From NCBI RefSeq assembly GCF_009914755.1, contig NC_060946.1: 64,000 bases of DNA; one strand, written 5' to 3'. The notes under the pieces were generated by a model. The model ran no database searches. It was not told the DNA's origin and was given only the letters and a program-made list of their open reading frames with translations. This document shows, piece after piece, positions 40,744 through 54,443 of this stretch. Each line of letters starts with the position of its first letter. Within the stretch, counting starts at the first letter, position 1. A program made the translations under genes and the position numbers. The DNA is from the human T2T-CHM13v2.0 reference genome, Homo sapiens.

Positions 40744-43700
40744 ATTCTAAAAGACGACCGTTTCCATACTTCTCAATCAAAAGAAAGGTTAAATTCTCTG
40801 AGGTTAATGCCCACGTCAGAATGAAGTTTCTCAGAATTCTCCTGTCTAGTTTCAATGTGAAGATATTTACTATTTCACTATAGGCTTCAAAGGTCCCAAA
40901 AATATCCCTTTGCAGATTCTACAAAAATACGGTTTCCACAGTGCTGAATTAAAAGAAACCTTCAACTCTGTCAGATGAATGGAGACATCACAAAGAAGTT
41001 CCTCGGAATGCTTCTGTCTAGTTTAAATGTGAAGATATTTCTCTTTCACCACAGACCTCAAATGGCTCAGAAATATGCCTTTGCAGATTGCAGAAAAAGA
41101 CTGTCTCTAAACTGCTCAAATAAAATAAAGTTTCAACACTGTGAGATGAATGCACACATCACAAAGAAGTTTCTCAGAAAGCTTCTGTCTAGTTTTTATG
41201 TGAAGATATTTCCTTTTTCAGCGTAGTCCTTACACCGCTCACAAATATCCTTCTGCAGATACTAGAAAAAGACTGTTTCCAAACTGCTCCATCAAAAGAA
41301 AATTTCACCTACCTGAGATGAATGCACACATCATAAAGAAGTTTCTCAGAATTCTTCTGTCTAGATTTTATGTGAAGATATTTCCATTTTCACCTTAGGC
41401 CACAAAGCGCTCCAAACATCCCTTTGCAGATGATACGAAAAGACTGTTTCCAAACTGCTCAATCAAAAGAAACTTTCAACTCTGTGAGATGAAAGCACCC
41501 ATCACAAAAAAGTTTCTCAGAAATCTTCTGACTAGTTTTTATCTCAAGATAATTCCTATTTTGCCATAAGAATCAAGGGGCTCACAAATATCCCTTTGCC
41601 GATTCTACAAAAGTTCTGTTTACAAACCTCTCAATCAAAAGAAACGTTCAACATTGTGAGATGAATGAACACATCACAAAGAAGTTTCTCAGAATGCTTC
41701 TGTCTGGTTACTCTGTGAAGATATTTCTTTTTTCACCACAGTCTTTAAGCCACTCAAAAATATCTGTCTGCAGACACTACAAAAAGACTGTTTCCAAACT
41801 GGCCCATATAGCATGTTTCAACTATGTGAAATGAATGCACTCATCAAAGAGAAGTTTCTCAGAATTCTTCTGTCTAGTTTTTATGTGAAGATATTTCCTT
41901 CTTCACCGTAGGAAGCAAATTGCTCCAAATATCCATTTGCGGATTCTACAGAAAGAATGTTTCCAAACTGGTCAATCAACAGAAAGGCTCAACTCTGTGA
42001 GACGAAAGCACGCATCACAAAGAAGTTTCTCAGAAAGCTTCTGTCTCCATTTTATGTGAAGGTATTTCCTTTGGCACCGTAGGCCTTAAACCACTCACAA
42101 ACATAACTCCGCTTATACTACCAAGAGACTTTCTCCAAATTGCTAAATCAAAAGAAACGTTCAACTCTGTGAGATGAATACACACATCAAAAAGAAGTTT
42201 CTCAAAATGCTTCTGTCTAGTTTTCATGTGAAGATATTTATTTTTCACCATTGGCCCCAAACGGCTTAGAAATGTCCCTTTGCAGTTTGTAGGAAAAGAC
42301 TGTTTCCAAAGTGCTCAATGAGAAGAAATGGTCAACTATTAGAGATGAATGGACATGTCACAAAGAGTTTTCTCAAAAAGCTACTGTGTCATTTTAATGT
42401 GAAGACGTTTCCTTTTTCACTCTAGGCCTTAAAACTCTCTAAATATACATTCACAGATTCTACAAAAAGACTGATTCCAAACTGCTCAATCAGAAGAAAG
42501 GTTCAATTCCGTGTGACAAAAGTGCACATCACAAAGAAATTTGTCAGAAAGCTTCTGTCTACTTTTTATGTGAAGATATTTCATATTTCAACAAAGGCCA
42601 TAAAGGGCTCACAAATATCCCTTTGCAGATTCTAAGAAAAGAGATTTTCCAAACTCCTCACTCAAAAGAAAGTTTTCACTCTGTGCGATGAATGGACACA
42701 TCACAAAGAAGTTTCTCAGAAAGCTTCTGTCTACTTTTTATGTGAGGCTATTTCTTGTTCACCATAGGCCTCGAGCAGCTAAGAAATTTCCCTCTGCAGC
42801 TTCTACAAAAGACTGGTTCCAAACTGCTCAACTGAAAGGAAGGTTGAATTCTGTGACATGAATTCACACATCACAAAGAGGTTTTTCAGAAATCTTCTGT
42901 CTAGTTTTTATGTGAAGATACTTCCTTTTTCACCAAGGGCCTCAAATATCTCCAAATATCCATTTGCAGATTCTACAGAAAGACTTCCCAAACTGCTCAA
43001 TCAAAAGAAAGGTTCAACACAGTGAGATGAAGGCACACATCACAAAGAAGTTTCTCAGAAATCTCCTGTCTAGTTTTTGTGTGAAGATACTTCGTATTTC
43101 ACCACAGGCCATAAGGGGCTCACAAATATCCCTTTGCAGGTTCTACAAAAAGACAGTTTCCAAACTGCTCAATCAAAAGAAAGGTTCAACTCTGTGACGT
43201 GAATGGACACATCACAAAAAATTTCTCGGAATGATTCCGTCTAGTTTTTATGGGAAGATGTTTCTCTTTCACCAGAAGCCTCAAAAGGATCAGAATTCTC
43301 CCTTTGCAGATTGTACAATAAGCCTCTTTCCAATCTGCTCAATCCAAAGAAAGTTTCAACTCTGTGAGGTGAATGCACACATCACAAGGGAGTTTCTCAG
43401 AAAGCTTCTGTTTCGTTTTTACGTGAAGATGTTTCGTTTTTCAACATGGGCCTCAAAAGCTCTCCAAATATCCATTTGCAGATTCTAGAAAAAGAGTGTT
43501 TCCAAACTCCTCAATCAAAAGAAAGTTTCAATTCTGTGAGATGAAAGCACACATCACACCGAAGTTTCTTAGAAAGCTTCTGTCTAGTTTTTATGTGAAG
43601 ATACTTCACAGTGCATCATAGTACTCAATGGGCTCAGAAATATCCCTTGGCAGATTCTACAAAAGGACTGTTTCAAAACTGCTCAATCCAAAGAAAGTTT

Positions 43701-46700
43701 CAACTAAGTGAGATGAATGCACACATCACAAAGAAGTTCCTCAGAATGCTTCTGTCTAGTTTACATGTGAAGAAGATTCCTATTTCACCATAGGCAATAA
43801 AGGGCTCACAAATATTTTTTGCAGATTCTACAAAAAGACTGAGTCCAAACTGCTCAATAAAAAGAAAGTTTTAACTCTGTTAGATTAACGGACACATCGA
43901 AAAGTAGTTTCTCAGGAAACTTCTCTTTAGTTTTTATGAGAAGATATTTCCTTTGTCACCATTGGCCTCAAAGCACTCCTAATATCCATTTACAGATTTC
44001 ACAAAAAGAGTGTTTCCAAACAGCTCAATCAAAAGAAAGTGTTTAACTCTGTGAGGTGAAAGCACACATCTCAATGAAGTTTCTCAGAAAGCTTCGGTCT
44101 ACTTTTCATGTGAAGATATTTCCAGTTTCACCGTAGGCCTCAAAGGGCTAAGAAATATCCCTTTCCAGATTCTAAAAGACGACCGTTTCCATACTTCTCA
44201 ATCAAAAGAAAGGTTAAATTCTCTGAGGTTAATGCCCACGTCAGAATGAAGTTTCTCAGAATTCTCCTGTCTAGTTTCAATGTGAAGATATTTACTATTT
44301 CACTATAGGCTTCAAAGGTCCCAAAAATATCCCTTTGCAGATTCTACAAAAATACGGTTTCCACAGTGCTGAATTAAAAGAAACCTTCAACTCTGTCAGA
44401 TGAATGGAGACATCACAAAGAAGTTCCTCGGAATGCTTCTGTCTAGTTTAAATGTGAAGATATTTCTCTTTCACCACAGACCTCAAATGGCTCAGAAATA
44501 TGCCTTTGCAGATTGCAGAAAAAGACTGTCTCTAAACTGCTCAAATAAAATAAAGTTTCAACACTGTGAGATGAATGCACACATCACAAAGAAGTTTCTC
44601 AGAAAGCTTCTGTCTAGTTTTTATGTGAAGATATTTCCTTTTTCAGCGTAGTCCTTACACCGCTCACAAATATCCTTCTGCAGATACTAGAAAAAGACTG
44701 TTTCCAAACTGCTCCATCAAAAGAAAATTTCACCTACCTGAGATGAATGCACACATCATAAAGAAGTTTCTCAGAATTCTTCTGTCTAGATTTTATGTGA
44801 AGATATTTCCATTTTCACCTTAGGCCACAAAGCGCTCCAAACATCCCTTTGCAGATGATACGAAAAGACTGTTTCCAAACTGCTCAATCAAAAGAAACTT
44901 TCAACTCTGTGAGATGAAAGCACCCATCACAAAAAAGTTTCTCAGAAATCTTCTGACTAGTTTTTATCTCAAGATAATTCCTATTTTGCCATAAGAATCA
45001 AGGGGCTCACAAATATCCCTTTGCAGATTCTACAAAAGTTCTGTTTACAAACCTCTCAATCAAAAGAAACGTTCAACATTGTGAGATGAATGAACACATC
45101 ACAAAGAAGTTTCTCAGAATGCTTCTGTCTGGTTACTCTGTGAAGATATTTCTTTTTTCACCACAGTCTTTAAGCCACTCAAAAATATCTGTCTGCAGAC
45201 ACTACAAAAAGACTGTTTCCAAACTGGCCCATATAGCATGTTTCAACTATGTGAAATGAATGCACTCATCAAAGAGAAGTTTCTCAGAATTCTTCTGTCT
45301 AGTTTTTATGTGAAGATATTTCCTTCTTCACCGTAGGAAGCAAATTGCTCCAAATATCCATTTGCGGATTCTACAGAAAGAATGTTTCCAAACTGGTCAA
45401 TCAACAGAAAGGCTCAACTCTGTGAGACGAAAGCACGCATCACAAAGAAGTTTCTCAGAAAGCTTCTGTCTCCATTTTATGTGAAGGTATTTCCTTTGGC
45501 ACCGTAGGCCTTAAACCACTCACAAACATAACTCCGCTTATACTACCAAGAGACTTTCTCCAAATTGCTAAATCAAAAGAAACGTTCAACTCTGTGAGAT
45601 GAATACACACATCAAAAAGAAGTTTCTCAAAATGCTTCTGTCTAGTTTTCATGTGAAGATATTTATTTTTCACCATTGGCCCCAAACGGCTTAGAAATGT
45701 CCCTTTGCAGTTTGTAGGAAAAGACTGTTTCCAAAGTGCTCAATGAGAAGAAATGGTCAACTATTAGAGATGAATGGACATGTCACAAAGAGTTTTCTCA
45801 AAAAGCTACTGTGTCATTTTAATGTGAAGACGTTTCCTTTTTCACTCTAGGCCTTAAAACTCTCTAAATATACATTCACAGATTCTACAAAAAGACTGAT
45901 TCCAAACTGCTCAATCAGAAGAAAGGTTCAATTCCGTGTGACAAAAGTGCACATCACAAAGAAATTTGTCAGAAAGCTTCTGTCTACTTTTTATGTGAAG
46001 ATATTTCATATTTCAACAAAGGCCATAAAGGGCTCACAAATATCCCTTTGCAGATTCTAAGAAAAGAGATTTTCCAAACTCCTCACTCAAAAGAAAGTTT
46101 TCACTCTGTGCGATGAATGGACACATCACAAAGAAGTTTCTCAGAAAGCTTCTGTCTACTTTTTATGTGAGGCTATTTCTTGTTCACCATAGGCCTCGAG
46201 CAGCTAAGAAATTTCCCTCTGCAGCTTCTACAAAAGACTGGTTCCAAACTGCTCAACTGAAAGGAAGGTTGAATTCTGTGACATGAATTCACACATCACA
46301 AAGAGGTTTTTCAGAAATCTTCTGTCTAGTTTTTATGTGAAGATACTTCCTTTTTCACCAAGGGCCTCAAATATCTCCAAATATCCATTTGCAGATTCTA
46401 CAGAAAGACTTCCCAAACTGCTCAATCAAAAGAAAGGTTCAACACAGTGAGATGAAGGCACACATCACAAAGAAGTTTCTCAGAAATCTCCTGTCTAGTT
46501 TTTGTGTGAAGATACTTCGTATTTCACCACAGGCCATAAGGGGCTCACAAATATCCCTTTGCAGGTTCTACAAAAAGACAGTTTCCAAACTGCTCAATCA
46601 AAAGAAAGGTTCAACTCTGTGACGTGAATGGACACATCACAAAAAATTTCTCGGAATGATTCCGTCTAGTTTTTATGGGAAGATGTTTCTCTTTCACCAG

Positions 46701-49700
46701 AAGCCTCAAAAGGATCAGAATTCTCCCTTTGCAGATTGTACAATAAGCCTCTTTCCAATCTGCTCAATCCAAAGAAAGTTTCAACTCTGTGAGGTGAATG
46801 CACACATCACAAGGGAGTTTCTCAGAAAGCTTCTGTTTCGTTTTTACGTGAAGATGTTTCGTTTTTCAACATGGGCCTCAAAAGCTCTCCAAATATCCAT
46901 TTGCAGATTCTAGAAAAAGAGTGTTTCCAAACTCCTCAATCAAAAGAAAGTTTCAATTCTGTGAGATGAAAGCACACATCACACCGAAGTTTCTTAGAAA
47001 GCTTCTGTCTAGTTTTTATGTGAAGATACTTCACAGTGCATCATAGTACTCAATGGGCTCAGAAATATCCCTTGGCAGATTCTACAAAAGGACTGTTTCA
47101 AAACTGCTCAATCCAAAGAAAGTTTCAACTAAGTGAGATGAATGCACACATCACAAAGAAGTTCCTCAGAATGCTTCTGTCTAGTTTACATGTGAAGAAG
47201 ATTCCTATTTCACCATAGGCAATAAAGGGCTCACAAATATTTTTTGCAGATTCTACAAAAAGACTGAGTCCAAACTGCTCAATAAAAAGAAAGTTTTAAC
47301 TCTGTTAGATTAACGGACACATCGAAAAGTAGTTTCTCAGGAAACTTCTCTTTAGTTTTTATGAGAAGATATTTCCTTTGTCACCATTGGCCTCAAAGCA
47401 CTCCTAATATCCATTTACAGATTTCACAAAAAGAGTGTTTCCAAACAGCTCAATCAAAAGAAAGTGTTTAACTCTGTGAGGTGAAAGCACACATCTCAAT
47501 GAAGTTTCTCAGAAAGCTTCGGTCTACTTTTCATGTGAAGATATTTCCAGTTTCACCGTAGGCCTCAAAGGGCTAAGAAATATCCCTTTCCAGATTCTAA
47601 AAGACGACCGTTTCCATACTTCTCAATCAAAAGAAAGGTTAAATTCTCTGAGGTTAATGCCCACGTCAGAATGAAGTTTCTCAGAATTCTCCTGTCTAGT
47701 TTCAATGTGAAGATATTTACTATTTCACTATAGGCTTCAAAGGTCCCAAAAATATCCCTTTGCAGATTCTACAAAAATACGGTTTCCACAGTGCTGAATT
47801 AAAAGAAACCTTCAACTCTGTCAGATGAATGGAGACATCACAAAGAAGTTCCTCGGAATGCTTCTGTCTAGTTTAAATGTGAAGATATTTCTCTTTCACC
47901 ACAGACCTCAAATGGCTCAGAAATATGCCTTTGCAGATTGCAGAAAAAGACTGTCTCTAAACTGCTCAAATAAAATAAAGTTTCAACACTGTGAGATGAA
48001 TGCACACATCACAAAGAAGTTTCTCAGAAAGCTTCTGTCTAGTTTTTATGTGAAGATATTTCCTTTTTCAGCGTAGTCCTTACACCGCTCACAAATATCC
48101 TTCTGCAGATACTAGAAAAAGACTGTTTCCAAACTGCTCCATCAAAAGAAAATTTCACCTACCTGAGATGAATGCACACATCATAAAGAAGTTTCTCAGA
48201 ATTCTTCTGTCTAGATTTTATGTGAAGATATTTCCATTTTCACCTTAGGCCACAAAGCGCTCCAAACATCCCTTTGCAGATGATACGAAAAGACTGTTTC
48301 CAAACTGCTCAATCAAAAGAAACTTTCAACTCTGTGAGATGAAAGCACCCATCACAAAAAAGTTTCTCAGAAATCTTCTGACTAGTTTTTATCTCAAGAT
48401 AATTCCTATTTTGCCATAAGAATCAAGGGGCTCACAAATATCCCTTTGCAGATTCTACAAAAGTTCTGTTTACAAACCTCTCAATCAAAAGAAACGTTCA
48501 ACATTGTGAGATGAATGAACACATCACAAAGAAGTTTCTCAGAATGCTTCTGTCTGGTTACTCTGTGAAGATATTTCTTTTTTCACCACAGTCTTTAAGC
48601 CACTCAAAAATATCTGTCTGCAGACACTACAAAAAGACTGTTTCCAAACTGGCCCATATAGCATGTTTCAACTATGTGAAATGAATGCACTCATCAAAGA
48701 GAAGTTTCTCAGAATTCTTCTGTCTAGTTTTTATGTGAAGATATTTCCTTCTTCACCGTAGGAAGCAAATTGCTCCAAATATCCATTTGCGGATTCTACA
48801 GAAAGAATGTTTCCAAACTGGTCAATCAACAGAAAGGCTCAACTCTGTGAGACGAAAGCACGCATCACAAAGAAGTTTCTCAGAAAGCTTCTGTCTCCAT
48901 TTTATGTGAAGGTATTTCCTTTGGCACCGTAGGCCTTAAACCACTCACAAACATAACTCCGCTTATACTACCAAGAGACTTTCTCCAAATTGCTAAATCA
49001 AAAGAAACGTTCAACTCTGTGAGATGAATACACACATCAAAAAGAAGTTTCTCAAAATGCTTCTGTCTAGTTTTCATGTGAAGATATTTATTTTTCACCA
49101 TTGGCCCCAAACGGCTTAGAAATGTCCCTTTGCAGTTTGTAGGAAAAGACTGTTTCCAAAGTGCTCAATGAGAAGAAATGGTCAACTATTAGAGATGAAT
49201 GGACATGTCACAAAGAGTTTTCTCAAAAAGCTACTGTGTCATTTTAATGTGAAGACGTTTCCTTTTTCACTCTAGGCCTTAAAACTCTCTAAATATACAT
49301 TCACAGATTCTACAAAAAGACTGATTCCAAACTGCTCAATCAGAAGAAAGGTTCAATTCCGTGTGACAAACGTGCACATCACAAAGAAATTTGTCAGAAA
49401 GCTTCTGTCTACTTTTTATGTGAAGATATTTCATATTTCAACAAAGGCCATAAAGGGCTCACAAATATCCCTTTGCAGATTCTAAGAAATGACATTTTCC
49501 AAAATCCTCAATCAAAAGAAAGGTTCCACTCTGTGCGATGAATGGACACATCACAAAGAAGTTTCTCAGAAAGCTTCTGTCTACTTTTTATGTGAGGCTA
49601 TTTCTTGTTCACCATAGGCCTCGAGCAGCTAAGAAATTTCCCTCTGCAGCTTCTACAAAAGACTGGTTCCAAACTGCTCAACTGAAAGGAAGGTTGAATT

Positions 49701-52700
49701 CTGTGACATGAATTCACACATCACAAAGAGGTTTTTCAGAAATCTTCTGTCTAGTTTTTATGTGAAGATACTTCCTTTTTCACCAAGGACCTCAAATATC
49801 TCCAAATATCCATTTGCAGATTCTACAGAAAGACTTCCCAAACTGCTCAATCAAAAGAAAGGTTCAACACAGTGAGATGAAGGCACACATCACAAAGAAG
49901 TTTCTCAGAAATCTCCTGTCTAGTTTTTGTGTGAAGATACTTCGTATTTCACCACAGGCCATAAGGGGCTCACAAATATCCCTTTGCAGGTTCTACAAAA
50001 AGACAGTTTCCAAACTGCTCAATCAAAAGAAAGGTTCAACTCTGTGACGTGAATGGACACATCACAAAAAATTTCTCGGAATGATTCCGTCTAGTTTTTA
50101 TGGGAAGATGTTTCTCTTTCACCAGAAGCCTCAAAAGGATCAGAATTCTCCCTTTGCAGATTGTACAATAAGCCTCTTTCCAATCTGCTCAATCAAAAGA
50201 AAGTTTCAACTCTGTGAGGTGAATGCACACATCACAAGGGAGTTTCTCAGAAAGCTTCTGTTTCGTTTTTACGTGAAGATGTTTCGTTTTTCAACATGGG
50301 CCTCAAAAGCTCTCCAAATATCCATTTGCAGATTCTAGAAAAAGAGTGTTTCCAAACTCCTCAATCAAAAGAAAGTTTCAATTCTGTGAGATGAAAGCAC
50401 ACATCACACCGAAGTTTCTTAGAAAGCTTCTGTCTAGTTTTTATGTGAAGATACTTCACAGTGCATCATAGTACTCAATGGGCTCAGAAATATCCCTTGG
50501 CAGATTCTACAAAAGGACTGTTTCAAAACTGCTCAATCCAAAGAAAGTTTCAACTATGTGAGATGAATGCACACATCACAAAGAAGTTCCTCAGAATGCT
50601 TCTGTCTAGTTTATATGTGAAGAAGATTCCTATTTCACCATAGGCAATAAAGGGCTCACAAATATTTTTTGCAGATTCTACAAAAAGACTGTGTCCAAAC
50701 TGCTCAATAAAAAGAAAGTTTTAACTCTGTTAGATTAACGGACACATCGAAAAGTAGTTTCTCAGAAAACTTCTGTTTAGTTTTTATGAGAAGATATTTC
50801 CTTTGTCACCATTGGCCTCAAAGCACTCCTAATATCCATTTACAGATTTCACAAAAAGAGTGTTTCCAAACAGCTCAATCAAAAGAAAGTGTTTAACTCT
50901 GTGAGGTGAAAGCACACATCTCAATGAAGTTTCTCAGAAAGCTTCGGTCTACTTTTCATGTGAAGATATTTCCAGTTTCACCGTAGGCCTCAAAGGGCTA
51001 AGAAATATCCCTTTCCAGATTCTAAAAGACGACCGTTTCCATACTTCTCAATCAAAAGAAAGGTTAAATTCTCTGAGGTTAATGCCCACGTCAGAATGAA
51101 GTTTCTCAGAATTCTCCTGTCTAGTTTCAATGTGAAGATATTTACTATTTCACTATAGGCTTCAAAGGTCCCAAAAATATCCCTTTGCAGATTCTACAAA
51201 AATACGGTTTCCACAGTGCTGAATTAAAAGAAACCTTCAACTCTGTCAGATGAATGGAGACATCACAAAGAAGTTCCTCGGAATGCTTCTGTCTAGTTTA
51301 AATGTGAAGATATTTCTCTTTCACCACAGACCTCAAATGGCTCAGAAATATGCCTTTGCAGATTGCAGAAAAAGACTGTCTCTAAACTGCTCAAATAAAA
51401 TAAAGTTTCAACACTGTGAGATGAATGCACACATCACAAAGAAGTTTCTCAGAAAGCTTCTGTCTAGTTTTTATGTGAAGATATTTCCTTTTTCAGCGTA
51501 GTCCTTAAACCGCTCACAAATATCCTTCTGCAGATACTAGAAAAAGACTGTTTCCAAACTGCTCCATCAAAAGAAAATTTCACCTACCTGAGATGAATGC
51601 ACACATCATAAAGAAGTTTCTCAGAATTCTTCTGTCTAGATTTTATGTGAAGATATTTCCATTTTCACCTTAGGCCACAAAGCGCTCCAAACATCCCTTT
51701 GCAGATGATACGAAAAGACTGTTTCCAAACTGCTCAATCAAAAGAAACTTTCAACTCTGTGAGATGAAAGCACCCATCACAAAAAAGTTTCTCAGAAATC
51801 TTCTGACTAGTTTTTATCTCAAGATAATTCCTATTTTGCCATAAGAATCAAGGGGCTCACAAATATCCCTTTGCAGATTCTACAAAAGTTCTGTTTACAA
51901 ACCTCTCAATCAAAAGAAACGTTCAACATTGTGAGATGAATGAACACATCACAAAGAAGTTTCTCAGAATGCTTCTGTCTGGTTACTCTGTGAAGATATT
52001 TCTTTTTTCACCACAGTCTTTAAGCCACTCAAAAATATCTGTCTGCAGACACTACAAAAAGACTGTTTCCAAACTGGCCCATATAGCATGTTTCAACTAT
52101 GTGAAATGAATGCACTCATCAAAGAGAAGTTTCTCAGAATTCTTCTGTCTAGTTTTTATGTGAAGATATTTCCTTCTTCACCATAGGAAGCAAATTGCTC
52201 CAAATATCCATTTGCGGATTCTACAGAAAGAATGTTTCCAAACTGGTCAATCAACAGAAAGGCTCAACTCTGTGAGACGAAAGCACGCATCACAAAGAAG
52301 TTTCTCAGAAAGCTTCTGTCTCCATTTTATGTGAAGGTATTTCCTTTGGCACCGTAGGCCTTAAACCACTCACAAACATAACTCCGCTTATACTACCAAG
52401 AGACTTTCTCCAAATTGCTAAATCAAAAGAAACGTTCAACTCTGTGAGATGAATACACACATCAAAAAGAAGTTTCTCAAAATGCTTCTGTCTAGTTTTC
52501 ATGTGAAGATATTTATTTTTCACCATTGGCCCCAAACGGCTCAGAAATGTCCCTTTGCAGTTTGTAGGAAAAGACTGTTTCCAAAGTGCTCAATGAGAAG
52601 AAATGGTCAACTATTAGAGATGAATGGACATGTCACAAAGAGTTTTCTCAAAAAGCTACTGTGTCATTTTAATGTGAAGACGTTTCCTTTTTCACTCTAG

Positions 52701-54443
52701 GCCTTAAAACTCTCTAAATATACATTCACAGATTCTACAAAAAGACTGATTCCAAACTGCTCAATCAGAAGAAAGGTTCAATTCCGTGTGACAAACGTGC
52801 ACATCACAAAGAAATTTGTCAGAAAGCTTCTGTCTACTTTTTATGTGAAGATATTTCATATTTCAACAAAGGCCATAAAGGGCTCACAAATATCCCTTTG
52901 CAGATTCTAAGAAAAGACATTTTCAAAACTCCTCACTCAAAAGAAAGTTTTCACTCTGTGCGATGAATGGACACATCACAAAGAAGTTTCTCAGAAAGCT
53001 TCTGTCTACTTTTTATGTGAGGCTATTTCTTGTTCACCATAGGCCTCGAGCAGCTAAGAAATTTCCCTCTGCAGCTTCTACAAAAGACTGGTTCCAAACT
53101 GCTCAACTGAAAGGAAGGTTGAATTCTGTGACATGAATTCACACATCACAAAGAGGTTTTTCAGAAATCTTCTGTCTAGTTTTTATGTGAAGATACTTCC
53201 TTTTTCACCAAGGGCCTCAAATATCTCCAAATATCCATTTGCAGATTCTACAGAAAGACTTCCCAAACTGCTCAATCAAAAGAAAGGTTCAACACAGTGA
53301 GATGAAGGCACACATCACAAAGAAGTTTCTCAGAAATCTCCTGTCTAGTTTTTGTGTGAAGATACTTCGTATTTCACCACAGGCCATAAGGGGCTCACAA
53401 ATATCCCTTTGCAGGTTCTACAAAAAGACAGTTTCCAAACTGCTCAATCAAAAGAAAGGTTCAACTCTGTGACGTGAATGGACACATCACAAAAAATTTC
53501 TCGGAATGATTCCGTCTAGTTTTTATGGGAAGATGTTTCTCTTTCACCAGAAGCCTCAAAAGGATCAGAATTCTCCCTTTGCAGATTGTACAATAAGCCT
53601 CTTTCCAATCTGCTCAATCAAAAGAAAGTTTCAACTCTGTGAGGTGAATGCACACATCACAAGGGAGTTTCTCAGAAAGCTTCTGTTTCGTTTTTACGTG
53701 AAGATGTTTCGTTTTTCAACATGGGCCTCAAAAGCTCTCCAAATATCCATTTGCAGATTCTAGAAAAAGAGTGTTTCCAAACTCCTCAATCAAAAGAAAG
53801 TTTCAATTCTGTGAGATGAAAGCACACATCACACCGAAGTTTCTTAGAAAGCTTCTGTCTAGTTTTTATGTGAAGATACTTCACAGTGCATCATAGTACT
53901 CAATGGGCTCAGAAATATCCCTTGGCAGATTCTACAAAAGGACTGTTTCAAAACTGCTCAATACAAAGAAAGTTTCAACTATGTGAGATGAATGCACACA
54001 TCACAAAGAAGTTCCTCAGAATGCTTCTGTCTAGTTTATATGTGAAGAAGATTCCTATTTCACCATAGGCAATAAAGGGCTCACAAATATTTTTTGCAGA
54101 TTCTACAAAAAGACTGTGTCCAAACTGCTCAATAAAAAGAAAGTTTTAACTCTGTTAGATTAACGGACACATCGAAAAGTAGTTTCTCAGAAAACTTCTG
54201 TTTAGTTTTTATGAGAAGATATTTCCTTTGTCACCATTGGCCTCAAAGCACTCCTAATATCCATTTACAGATTTCACAAAAAGAGTGTTTCCAAACAGCT
54301 CAATCAAAAGAAAGTGTTTAACTCTGTGAGGTGAAAGCACACATCTCAATGAAGTTTCTCAGAAAGCTTCGGTCTACTTTTCATGTGAAGATATTTCCAG
54401 TTTCACCGTAGGCCTCAAAGGGCTAAGAAATATCCCTTTGCAG
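40744..54443 (-). repeat. HOR units U13-U16 (haplotype C; starts 40744, 44169, 47594, 51019; 3425 bp each)
   Basis: Shared alleles ttcaatgtga, ggtcccaaaa, cagcgtag, ctgactag, ggaagcaaat, gcacgcatc, cctcgag, tgtttcgtttttacg. Confidence 0.93.
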
